A DNA stretch of 64,000 nt from an uncultured cyanobacterium (GTDB taxonomy: Bacteria; Cyanobacteriota; Cyanobacteriia; Cyanobacteriales; CAWUOF01), in assembly GCA_963744145.1 (NCBI GenBank), contig CAVUSO010000001.1:1248001-1312000 (forward strand). The letters are read 5' to 3'. The translations under genes and the position numbers were made by a program. Below, in pieces: positions 43,328-52,936 of the stretch. The notes below the pieces were generated by a model that worked only from the letters and a program-made list of their open reading frames with translations, did not search any database and had not been told where the DNA came from. The stretch's first letter is position 1. Every line of letters starts with the position of its first letter.

Positions 43328-43728
43328 ATAGTGGTTTTGGGATCGACCCCATTCCTGGGTTATCTCGACTTACCCCGGATAATGCTAAGTTACTATTATT
43401 AAACGGACCAGCAGCAGCAAGTCGGTTTCCTCTTCATCGAATACGATCGCTGATTGGTCGGAATGATCTACCTTTGATAACAGTAGATATTGATCTAACT
43501 GAATGCGAAATTGGCGATCCAATTGCTATATCTCGTCGTCATGCAGTGATTGAGTGGGTAGAAGGGGAATTACAAATTGTGGATTTGTGCAGTAGGAACG
43601 GTACTTTTGTTGATGGTCAAAAATTGACAGCGATCGCTCCTAATCAACCATCAGCTCCTGTCATTTTAAAAGCGGGAAGTAAGGTAAAACTAGGAAACTT
43701 GGAATTTGAGGTGATCACTCATGGATAA
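43324..43728 (+). CDS. FHA domain protein
   Basis: IGR, ISRRHA and DLCSRNGTFVDG motifs. Confidence 0.93.
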   Translation: MNSGFGIDPIPGLSRLTPDNAKLLLLNGPAAASRFPLHRIRSLIGRNDLPLITVDIDLTECEIGDPIAISRRHAVIEWVEGELQIVDLCSRNGTFVDGQKLTAIAPNQPSAPVILKAGSKVKLGNLEFEVITHG

Positions 43729-44518
43729 GCCGATTGTAAAACTAGCCTACGGTTCCAAAACCGATCCTGGCAAAATTCGTAAAATCAATGAAGATAATCT
43801 TTTATTAGAATCATGGTCAGATGCTTTACTAGCAGTAGTTGCTGATGGAATGGGAGGACATAAAGGAGGAGAGGTAGCAGCCAAAATTGCCGTTGATACT
43901 TTTCGAGAGTTATTAGATCAGCCCTTACCTAAAGAACCTGTTGAACGATACGAACAACTGTTAAAAAAATTTTATGATGCTGATACTGCTATCCGCGAGC
44001 AATCCTCTCAAGAGTTCAGATTGATGGATATGGGAACTACTTTAATGGCAGCGATCGTTACTCCCACAGAATATATTCATCTATATGCTGGTGACTGTCG
44101 TTTATATCACTTCCACCAGGGAGAATTTACTTATATCTCGGCTGATCATTCAGTAGTCAGGATACTGCAAAACTTGGGAAAGATCACCCCAGAAGAAGCA
44201 GCTACTCATCCAATGCGTTCAGTGGTCAACTCCTGTCTAGGTGGTAAGGGAAATACACAATTCTCTGTTGACCCAAAATGGGACGATGAAAAGTTACCTG
44301 TGTTGCGTGAATTATGTCCAGGTGATGTATTACTACTATGCAGCGACGGACTAAATAGCGAAGTAAGTGACAATCAGTTACAAAATTTGGTGCAACAGTC
44401 TGGAAACTCGACCGAAGAACTGACTAAAGCTTGTGCCGAAGCAGCTTTAGAGCATGGTGGTAAAGATAATATTACAGTTATTGCTATTCAGGTACAGGAG
44501 GAAGATCAGCAAAAATAA
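43721..44518 (+). CDS. PP2C/Stp1-type Ser/Thr phosphatase
   Basis: RKINED, VADGMGGH, MGTT, GDCR, CSDGL and GGKDNIT motifs. Confidence 0.95.
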   Translation: MDKPIVKLAYGSKTDPGKIRKINEDNLLLESWSDALLAVVADGMGGHKGGEVAAKIAVDTFRELLDQPLPKEPVERYEQLLKKFYDADTAIREQSSQEFRLMDMGTTLMAAIVTPTEYIHLYAGDCRLYHFHQGEFTYISADHSVVRILQNLGKITPEEAATHPMRSVVNSCLGGKGNTQFSVDPKWDDEKLPVLRELCPGDVLLLCSDGLNSEVSDNQLQNLVQQSGNSTEELTKACAEAALEHGGKDNITVIAIQVQEEDQQK

Positions 44519-44575
44519 GACAAAATTATCAGCAGAAATAGATAGCAAACTTTAACTAATTGGATTGAAAAGTAT

Positions 44576-46000
44576 ATGAACAATGAGCAACTATACCGAC
44601 GAATGTTGGAAGGACAATGGGTCAATGGACAATATCATCTCAAAAAACTCCTGGGAGCAGGAAGTTACGGAGTAGTTTTTCAAGCAGATGAAGTAGTCGG
44701 AAATCGCCTAGTTCGAGAAGTAGCTATTAAACTAATTTCTCCCAATGATGATGATCGCGATCTCCAGCTCCAAGAATTAATTGATGCAGTTAATTTAGAT
44801 CACCCCAATTTAGTGCGATGCTTTACTTCTGGTTTAGTTAAACTCAACGGAGTTGAATTTTTATATTTAGTCATGGAGCTAGCCCAAAAAACTCTCGCTA
44901 AACATTTAGAAAAAAGCTCTTTGTCTGTAGGAGAAGTGCAAAAAATCGTCCAGGAAATTGCTGCTGGATTAGTTTATCTTCATCGTGAACCCCATCCGCG
45001 AGTGCATCGTGATTTGAAACCAGCTAATGTCCTATGGGTAAGCGATCGCTGGAAATTATCAGATTTTGGGTTATTGCGGTCAACTGGTTCTAAGGGTTCA
45101 GCTCGCACCAGTAAAGTTAGGAGAACTGACGGTTATGCTCCCCCAGAAGCTTATCTCGGAGTGGTGGCTCCCACTTGGGATGTGTGGTCATTAGGGGTGA
45201 TCATGGTGGAAATGCTCACGGGACAGCTACCCTTTACAGGAGATACAGAGCAGGAATTGATCGTAAAAGTAATGGACGGAAAACCATCAATCGAATGGTC
45301 AAAAGTCCACCAATCATTCAGAGAGATCATCAAGGGAGCTTTAGAGAAAGAGCGGAAAGACCGATGGACGGCACAAAGGGTGCTGAATACTTTTACCAAA
45401 AAATATCTCCCTCCAACCATCCCATCTATTGTGAGTCCATTTCCTGGGAAAATAGAAATAGGACAGAATCCTTTTACCGCAAAAGGTATCCCTCTATTTG
45501 ACCCAACTCCAAGCATAGTGAGTCAGCCTCCTGTGCAATTGAAGTCAGCAAAAGGGGTAGATTACACTAATTTACAACGCTTACTAGCCGCAGGAAAATG
45601 GAAGGAAGCGGATGAGGAAACAGGCAAAAAAATGTGCGAGGTCATGGGGCGACAAAAAGAAGGTTGGCTAGATGTCGAACATATCGATAATTTTCCCTGT
45701 GAAGACCTTCGCACAATTGATCAACTTTGGGTAAAATCTAGTAACGGTCATTTTGGCTTTTCTGTGCAAAAGCGTATCTATCAAAGTCTCGGTGGAACCC
45801 GGAACTATGATGAGAAAATCTGGGCTGCTTTTGGCGATCGCGTCGGCTGGAGGAAAAATGGAGACTGGATATACTACAGCGACCTCACCTTCTCAACCAA
45901 ATCTCCCGGTGGCCACCTCCCCTTGTGGTGGGGGAAAGGTCCGTGTGTGGTGGTTGGTGCCTCTTCTCTCGCGTCGAGACTTGTAGACTGTAACATATAA
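44576..46000 (+). CDS. Ser/Thr protein kinase-GUN4 domain fusion, copy 1
   Basis: LGAGSYG, VAIK, HRDLKPAN, DFG, APPE; GUN4 motifs WKEADEET, FPCEDLRTIDQLW, SNGHFGFSVQ, GHLP. Confidence 0.93.
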   Translation: MNNEQLYRRMLEGQWVNGQYHLKKLLGAGSYGVVFQADEVVGNRLVREVAIKLISPNDDDRDLQLQELIDAVNLDHPNLVRCFTSGLVKLNGVEFLYLVMELAQKTLAKHLEKSSLSVGEVQKIVQEIAAGLVYLHREPHPRVHRDLKPANVLWVSDRWKLSDFGLLRSTGSKGSARTSKVRRTDGYAPPEAYLGVVAPTWDVWSLGVIMVEMLTGQLPFTGDTEQELIVKVMDGKPSIEWSKVHQSFREIIKGALEKERKDRWTAQRVLNTFTKKYLPPTIPSIVSPFPGKIEIGQNPFTAKGIPLFDPTPSIVSQPPVQLKSAKGVDYTNLQRLLAAGKWKEADEETGKKMCEVMGRQKEGWLDVEHIDNFPCEDLRTIDQLWVKSSNGHFGFSVQKRIYQSLGGTRNYDEKIWAAFGDRVGWRKNGDWIYYSDLTFSTKSPGGHLPLWWGKGPCVVVGASSLASRLVDCNI

Positions 46001-46338
46001 AGCTTACAAAAAATTGTTACATTTTGTAAATACACGATTTCCCACGAAGCCATGCGCCTTCTAGCTTTCCGATACCTGGCACCGACGCCGAGCGAAGTAC
46101 CGACAGTTATTCTGTAGTTTTCTGTAGTATCTGACCCACTACTTCGGGGTTATAACAATTAGCAATGACAAATTTATCAGCCACAGCTAAGATATCTGGA
46201 TTCATTTCCTCAAAATCAGCCCAAGGTAAATTCTTTTCATCTCTTTAATAAGCTCGCGATCGGTGTTGGTGGTGGATGGCGATCGGTGTTTAAAGATTTT
46301 TAATAGGTCGCGATCGGTGTTTCCAATAATCAGTTAAT

Positions 46339-46720
46339 TGTAGGGGCGAAGCATTCGGGCGACAATTAATCGCATAAAACTTTACCCTGAGCGGAGTCGA
46401 AGGGCAGTAATATTATATCCGAATGCTGATGCCGTAGGCATCGCTACGCGAACGCCCTTCTTCGCCGATATCTCCCAAAACATTCTTAATTGAACCGGAT
46501 TGATATATCATTAATTGAACCGGATTTATATATTAATTGAACCGGATTTATATATTAATTGAACCGGGTTTATATATTAATTGAACCGGATTTATATATA
46601 GTTGATCTGTTGGTTGCATAGATGGTGAGGGCAAAGCATTTCGGTAATGGTTTCTTCGTTTCAGCGATAATTTCTTCGCCGAAATGCTTTGCCCCTACAG
46701 GGAACCGAATCGGATTGTGT
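46339..46720. repeat. Composite cassette: REP doublet + 22-25-nt VNTR (5 units) + inverted REP doublet
   Basis: GTAGGGGCGAAGCATTCGG...; (ATTAATTGAACCGGATTTATAT)n; GGGCAAAGCATTTCGG...CCGAAATGCTTTGCCCCTAC. Confidence 0.9.
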
Positions 46721-46920
46721 TTTCTTATATAGATCGATATTAAATATAATAAATGATGTTTTATTGCGATCGCGTTATGTCTTGAATTGGCGGCGATCGC
46801 AGTTAGATAACTAATTAACTGAAACAAGCGATCGCCAATTCCAGTAATCAGAATCTAATCACTATTGTTGGTGGATGGTGATGGCGTTGGCGTGATAATT
46901 TTCATTGACAGTTGAGTTCT

Positions 46921-47185
46921 TTGTAGGGGCGAAGCATTCGGGCGACAATTTATCGCATAAAACCAATAACATTTTATCCGAATGCTTCGCCCTTCTTCGC
47001 CGATATCTCCCAAAACATTCTTAATTGAACCGGGTTTATCTATTAATTGAACCGGATTTATATATAGTTGATCTGTTGGTTTCATGGATGGTGAGGGCAA
47101 AGCATTTCGGTAATGGTTTCTTCGTTTCAACGATAATTTCTTCGCCGAAATGCTTTGCCCCTACAGGGAACCGAATCGGAGTATT
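46921..47185. repeat. Composite REP/VNTR cassette (2 units, no mini-element inserted)
   Basis: Near-identical to 46339-46720. Confidence 0.9.
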
Positions 47186-47375
47186 GTTATATAGATCGAT
47201 ATTAAATATAATAAATGATGTTTAATTGCGATCGCGTTATGTCTTGAATTGGCGGCGATCGCAGTTAGATAAATAATTTTTGTTAAAATTAGAATATTTA
47301 TAGATTTTTGCTTCTTGTAAGTCTATGGATCTATGGGTGTTGATATTTTCGGTTATTCAGGTATATAGTAAAGTT

Positions 47376-47545
47376 AACCATCCGACCTAAACGCATTAAT
47401 ACGAGGGTTTACCATGAGTTTCGACTCACATCGACTCCCAGTGTGCGCTTCCTTCGGTTCCTCCTTTCGACGACCCTCAGAGTAAACGAGCAGGTAAGCG
47501 AACGGGCACACGCAGGTTATGTTTATCCATGTAGGTCGGACTGCG
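47376..47545 (+). ncRNA. Candidate structured non-coding RNA
   Basis: Closed by TCCGACCTA/TAGGTCGGA; internal TGAGT-TTCG-ACTCA hairpin and GTGTGC/GCACAC stem; upstream TTGATA-N18-TATAGT. Confidence 0.45.
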
Positions 47546-47594
47546 ATCGCTCTTAACCGTTTCCTTGAAGTTAACAACAACAAAAACTAAATTT

Positions 47595-47774
47595 ATGGAA
47601 AAAGTTGTATTCAAAACTACTAATAAACAACAACCTACTGACTTTGCTTACTGGCAAAAACAAACGCCTCAAAAACGTTTAGACACTCTCGAACAAATCC
47701 GCCAAGAATATCATCAATATAAATATAATGCTCAACCAAGATTTCAAAGAATTTATACAATTATTAAACGATAA
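47595..47774 (+). CDS. Small protein of the type paired with nucleotidyltransferases (putative antitoxin-like)
   Basis: DFAYWQKQTPQKRLDTLEQIRQEY; overlaps the start of the downstream nucleotidyltransferase remnant. Confidence 0.6.
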   Translation: MEKVVFKTTNKQQPTDFAYWQKQTPQKRLDTLEQIRQEYHQYKYNAQPRFQRIYTIIKR

Positions 47775-47990
47775 TCAGGTTAAATACCTGGTTATTGGTG
47801 GTTATGCTGTGGCAATTCATTAGTTACTTCACCTGATGGAGTAGATTTTCAAACTTGCTATGATTCAAAAATGGAGTTTATTATTGATGAGATGATGATT
47901 AAATTTATCGATCTTGATAATCTCATAAAAAATAAATTAGCATCGGTTAGACTTCAGGATTTGGCAGATTTAGAAAATTTACAGAACTAA
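47728..47990 (+). pseudogene. Internally deleted nucleotidyltransferase (DUF6036-like)
   Basis: MLNQDFKEFIQLLNDNQVKYLVIGGYAVAIH* then, in a shifted frame, GVDFQTCY...LIKNKLASVRLQDLADLENL; the catalytic DxD segment is missing. Confidence 0.7.
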
Positions 47991-48031
47991 TTATTGCACA
48001 ATCAATTTGAATAAATTGAGCGAAAAAGTCT

Positions 48032-49456
48032 ATGAACAATGAGCAACTATGGCGAATGTTAGCAGGAGAATGTGTCAACGGACAATATCACCTCAAAAAA
48101 CTCCTGGGTGTCGGCAGTTACGGCGCAGTTTTTCAAGCAGATGAAGTGGTCGGCGATCGCCTAGTTCGAGAAGTAGCTATTAAGATAATTTCCCCAGATA
48201 ATGATGAAAAAACCCGCGATCGCCAGCTCCAAGAATTGATTGTCGCGGTTAATTTAGATCACCCGAATTTAATCCGTTGTTTTGCTCCAGGGTTAGCTCA
48301 AATTAAAGGATTTGAATTTTTGTATTTGCTAATGGAGTTAGCAGAAGAAACCCTCGCTAAACGTCTAGAAAAAAGTTCTTTGTCATTGGAAGAAGTACAG
48401 AAAATAGTTCAAGAAATAGCTGCCGGATTAGTTTATCTTCATCGTGAACCCCATCCGAAAGTACATCGTGATTTGAAGCCCGCTAATGTACTACGAGTGG
48501 GCGATCGCTGGAAATTATCAGATTTTGGCTTATTGCGCTCAATCGATTCTCAGGGTTCAGCTCGCACTAGTAAAGGTCAGGGAACTAACGGCTATGCTCC
48601 CCCAGAAGCTTATGATGGAGTAGTTGCTCCAGCTTGGGATGTGTGGTCATTAGGAGTAATCATGGTGGAACTGCTCACGGGACAGCTACCCTTTACAGGA
48701 GATACAGAGCAGGAATTGCTCAAAAAAGTAATGGAGGGTAAACCATCAATCGAATGGTCAAAAGTCCACCAATCATTCAGAGAGATGATCAAGGGAGCTT
48801 TAGAGAAAGAGCGGCAAAACCGATGGACGGCAGAAATGGTGCTGAATACTTTTACCAAAAAAGATCTCCCTCCAACTACCCCATCCATTGAGAGTCAGCC
48901 TCCTTTGCAATTGAAGTCAGCAAAAGGAGTAGACTACACTAATTTACAACGCTTACTAGCCGCAGGGAAATGGAAAGAAGCGGATGAGGAAACAAGCAAA
49001 AAAATGTGCGGGGTCATGGGGCGACAAGAAGAAGGTTGGTTAAGAAGCGAAGATATTGATAATTTTCCCTGCGAAGACCTTCGCACAATTGATCAACTTT
49101 GGGTAAAATCTAGTAACGGTCATTTTGGCTTTTCTGTGCAAAAGCGCATCTATCAAAGTCTCGGTGGAACCCGGAACTATGATGAGAAAATTTGGGAAGC
49201 TTTTGGCGATCGCGTTGGCTGGAGGAAAAATGGAGCTTGGATATACTACAGTGACCTCACTTTCTCAACCACTTCTTTGGTGGGCCATATCCCTGGGTTA
49301 CCACTTCTTTGTTTGGAGGGCTATCTCCCTGTTGTATTGGTGGTGAGTGTTTGGATAGGTAAAGAGGTTTTTTGGGTTGTCTCTTCTCTCGCGTCGAGAC
49401 TTGTAGACTCTTCTCCAAGCCAGGCGCATTCTGATTCAGATATCATCCTATTGTAA
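48032..49456 (+). CDS. Ser/Thr protein kinase-GUN4 domain fusion, copy 2
   Basis: Same kinase and GUN4 motifs as copy 1. Confidence 0.93.
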   Translation: MNNEQLWRMLAGECVNGQYHLKKLLGVGSYGAVFQADEVVGDRLVREVAIKIISPDNDEKTRDRQLQELIVAVNLDHPNLIRCFAPGLAQIKGFEFLYLLMELAEETLAKRLEKSSLSLEEVQKIVQEIAAGLVYLHREPHPKVHRDLKPANVLRVGDRWKLSDFGLLRSIDSQGSARTSKGQGTNGYAPPEAYDGVVAPAWDVWSLGVIMVELLTGQLPFTGDTEQELLKKVMEGKPSIEWSKVHQSFREMIKGALEKERQNRWTAEMVLNTFTKKDLPPTTPSIESQPPLQLKSAKGVDYTNLQRLLAAGKWKEADEETSKKMCGVMGRQEEGWLRSEDIDNFPCEDLRTIDQLWVKSSNGHFGFSVQKRIYQSLGGTRNYDEKIWEAFGDRVGWRKNGAWIYYSDLTFSTTSLVGHIPGLPLLCLEGYLPVVLVVSVWIGKEVFWVVSSLASRLVDSSPSQAHSDSDIILL

Positions 49457-49746
49457 TAATACCGTGATCGGTGTTAGGGGTGGATGGTGATCGCAGTTTA
49501 ACGATTTTCAATAATAAGATCGCGATCGGTGTTTCCGGTAATCAAAATCTAATTGCTGTTAGTGGATGGCGATCGCAGGTTGACGATTTTAATAATAAGA
49601 CAATCTTAAATTGAATCAATCTATCATCATAAATTTGGATAATAAATGACATTTAAGCGCGATCGCATTATGTCTTTAATTGCAGGCGATCGCAGTTTAA
49701 CGATTTTCACGGTTGTCGCGATCGGTGTTTCCAATAATCAGTTAAT

Positions 49747-50085
49747 TGTAGGGGCGAAGCATTCGGGCGACAATTAATCGCACAAAACTTTACCCTGAGC
49801 GGAGTCGAAGGGCAGTAACATTATATCCGAATGCTTCGCCCTTCTTCGCCGATATCTCCCAAAACATTCTTAATTGAACCGGATTTATATATCATTAATT
49901 GAACTGGATTTATATATCATTAATTGAACCGGATTTATATATTAATTGAACCGGATTTATATATAGTTGATCTGTTGGTTGCATAGATGGTGAGGGCAAA
50001 GCATTTCGGTAATGGTTTCTTCGTTTCAGCGATAATTTCTTCGCCGAAATGCTTTGCCCCTACAGGGAACCGAATCGGATTGTGT
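49747..50085. repeat. Composite REP/VNTR cassette (4 units)
   Basis: Near-identical to 46339-46720. Confidence 0.9.
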
Positions 50086-50226
50086 TTTCTTATATAGATC
50101 GATATTAAATATAATAAATGATGTTTAATTGCGATCGCATTATGTCTTTAATTGGCGGCGATCGCAGTTAGATAACTAATTATCTGCTAAAATAAGAAAG
50201 AAGTCAACCACTATTAAAGTTCCTCA

Positions 50227-51235
50227 ATGCAAGACAAACCCCGCGCCGACTACGATAGTCCTTGGAAAGAAGCCATTAACAGTTACTTTGAACCTTTCAT
50301 GAATTTTTTCTTTCCGGTCATCCATCAAGAAATCGACTGGACAAAAGGCTATGAAACCTTAGATGCAGACTTACAAGAAGTCGTAAGAGATGCAGAAACG
50401 GGGAATCGTTTAGCCGATAAGCTCGTGAAAGTTTGGTTAAATCATAGCACCCAGGAAATTTTAATCCTGGTGCATATCGAAATCCAAGGAGGAGTAGATC
50501 CGAACTTTGCGAAACGGATGTTTATCTACAATCACCGTTTATTTGACCGATACGATCGAGAAGTGATTAGTTTAGCAGTATTAGGAGATGAGCAAAAATC
50601 CTGGCGTCCCAATAGTTATGGTTATGCAATGTGTGGATTTAGTAGCCAATTGCAGTTTCCCATCGTCAAACTCTTAGACTACCAAGAACAATGGGAGTTG
50701 CTTGAACAAAGCACTAATCCTTTTGCTGTAATTGTCATGGCACATTTAACTGCAAAGGAAACCACCAGAGATCCACAAAGAAGATTACAAGGGAAACTCA
50801 GCATAGTGCGGGGGCTATATGAACGGGGCTATAATAGGGAGGAAATCAAGCGAACTATTTCGGTTAATTGACTGGATGATGGTATTACCAGACCAGCTAG
50901 AACAGGATTTTCGGGTGGAATACAAACGGTTTCAGGAGGAAAATCAAGTGCCATATATCACCAGTATTGAACGTTTAGCGAAAGCAGAAGGTAGAGAAGA
51001 AGGCTTAGAAGAAGGGATCGAACAAGGAATCGAACAAGGAATCGAACGAGGCAGTGTACAAACAGCACAGGAAAATATCATCACAGTGTTGGAGACTAGG
51101 TTTGGAGAAGTACCAGAAATCTTCAGAGAGCGGATTAATCAAATCGAAGATTTAGCCACATTAAGACAACTTCTCATTCGTGGCATTACGATCGCTTCTT
51201 TCGAGGATTTTGAGCAAGAAATCTCTTCAAATTAG
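50227..51235 (+). pseudogene. Rpn-family (PD-(D/E)XK) gene frameshifted near 50848
   Basis: YDSPWKE, ADKLVKV, HIEIQ, RMFIYN, NPFA, then ELFRLIDWMM...PYITSIER...GIEQ repeats in the other frame. Confidence 0.85.
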
Positions 51236-51376
51236 TCACTAGGTTCTAGTTAATTCCCCTATTGGGTTGAGGGGCGATCGCTATTTATCTGCTCTGATAT
51301 AGAGATTTAGATGCGATCGCCTCTTCTCACAAAATACCACCCCGAGACAAATTGAATAAATTGATCGAAAAATCCT

Positions 51377-52699
51377 ATGAACAATGAGCAACTGTGGCGA
51401 ATGTTGACAGGAGAATGTGTCAATGGACAATATCACCTCAAAAAACTCCTGGGCGTCGGCAGTTACGGCGCAGTTTTTCAAGCGGATGAAGTTGTTGGCG
51501 ATCGCTTAATTCGCCAAGTAGCTGTTAAGCTAATTTCTCCAGATGGAGATGATAAAAATCGCGATCGCCAGCTCCAAGAATTAATTACTGCCGTTAATCT
51601 AGATCACCCGAATTTAGTACGCTGCTTTACTTCAGGGTTAGCTGAAATCAAAGGATTTGAATTTTTGTATTTAGTCATGGAGTTAGCAGAAGAAACCCTC
51701 ACCAAAAGTCTTTCAGAAAAAAGCTCTTTGTCTGTGGGAGAAGTGCAAAAAATAGTTGAGGAAATAGCTTCAGCATTGGTTTATCTTCATCATGAACCCG
51801 AGCGGAGAGTACATCGCGATTTGAAACCAGCTAATGTACTAAGAGTAGGCGATCGCTGGAAATTATCAGATTTTAGCTTATTGCGGTCAATCGGTTCTAA
51901 GGGTTCAGCTCGCACCAGTAAAGGTCAGGGAACTAACGGCTATGCTCCTCCAGAAGCTTATGATGGAGTAGTTGCTCCAGCTTGGGATGTGTGGTCATTA
52001 GGAGTAATCATGGTGGAACTGCTCACGGGACAGCCACCCTTTACAGGAGATACAGAGCAGGAATTGATCAAAAAAGTCATGGAGGGTAAACCATCAATCG
52101 AATGGTCAAAAGTCCACCAATCATTCAGAGAGATGATCAAGGGAGCTTTAGAGAAAGAGCGGAAAGACCGATGGACGGCAGAAATGGTGTTGAATACTTT
52201 TAAAGAGCGCCCGACCATATTACCGTCAGCAGATTACCAAAAGTTAGAAAGCTTACTAGCCGCAGGAAAATGGGAAGAAGCTGATCAGGAAACAGCAAAA
52301 AAAATGTGCGCGGTAATGGAGCGAGAAAAAGAAGGTTGGCTAAGACCCGAAGATATTGATAATTTTCCCTGCGAAGACCTTCGCACAATTGATCAACTTT
52401 GGGTACATTATAGCAATGGTCATTTTGGCTTTTCCGTGCAGAAGCGGATCTATCAAAGTCTGGGTGGAACTTGCAACTACGATCAAAACATTTGGACTGC
52501 TCTTGGCGATCGCGTTGGTTGGAGGCAAAATGAACAATGGCTATACTACAATGATCTCACATTCTCAGTCGAAAATTCTCCCGAAGGCCATCTTCCATTG
52601 GGAGTGAGAAAAGCGATTTGGCGCGGTTGTGGTTTTGCAGGTTGGTTTGGTCTTTGTGGCACTTCTCTCGCGTCGAGACTTGGAGATTGTAACATCTAA
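51377..52699 (+). CDS. Ser/Thr protein kinase-GUN4 domain fusion, copy 3
   Basis: Same motifs, but DFG reads DFS and the linker is short. Confidence 0.93.
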   Translation: MNNEQLWRMLTGECVNGQYHLKKLLGVGSYGAVFQADEVVGDRLIRQVAVKLISPDGDDKNRDRQLQELITAVNLDHPNLVRCFTSGLAEIKGFEFLYLVMELAEETLTKSLSEKSSLSVGEVQKIVEEIASALVYLHHEPERRVHRDLKPANVLRVGDRWKLSDFSLLRSIGSKGSARTSKGQGTNGYAPPEAYDGVVAPAWDVWSLGVIMVELLTGQPPFTGDTEQELIKKVMEGKPSIEWSKVHQSFREMIKGALEKERKDRWTAEMVLNTFKERPTILPSADYQKLESLLAAGKWEEADQETAKKMCAVMEREKEGWLRPEDIDNFPCEDLRTIDQLWVHYSNGHFGFSVQKRIYQSLGGTCNYDQNIWTALGDRVGWRQNEQWLYYNDLTFSVENSPEGHLPLGVRKAIWRGCGFAGWFGLCGTSLASRLGDCNI

Positions 52700-52936
52700 G
52701 ACTTTCAGACAATTTTTAGATTTTATGAATACAATATTTTTCACGAAGCCATCTGCTTGATTTCTTTCCGATACCTGAATGATCCACGACTTGGGGGTTA
52801 TAACAATTAGCGATCGCATTTTATCTCTTTGTTAATAAGATTGCGATCGCTGTTTCGGGTAATCAGAATATAATCACTGTTATTGGTGGATGGCGATGGC
52901 GTTGCCGTGATAATTTTCATTGATAGTTCAGTTACT

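Noticed and set aside
46486..46600. TTAATTGAACCGG repeats as a CRISPR array (also at 49870 and 53097)
   Set aside because: Units are 22-25-nt head-to-tail tandem repeats without unique spacers, and no cas genes are present. Treated as a VNTR.
47376..47545. Hammerhead ribozyme on the minus strand
   Set aside because: CTGAGGG does not match the CUGANGA core and the required stems could not be built.
47728..47990. Nucleotidyltransferase remnant as the enzyme writing the G/T-rich segments
   Set aside because: It lacks its catalytic segment and resembles a common toxin-antitoxin-like pair. Proximity is the only link.
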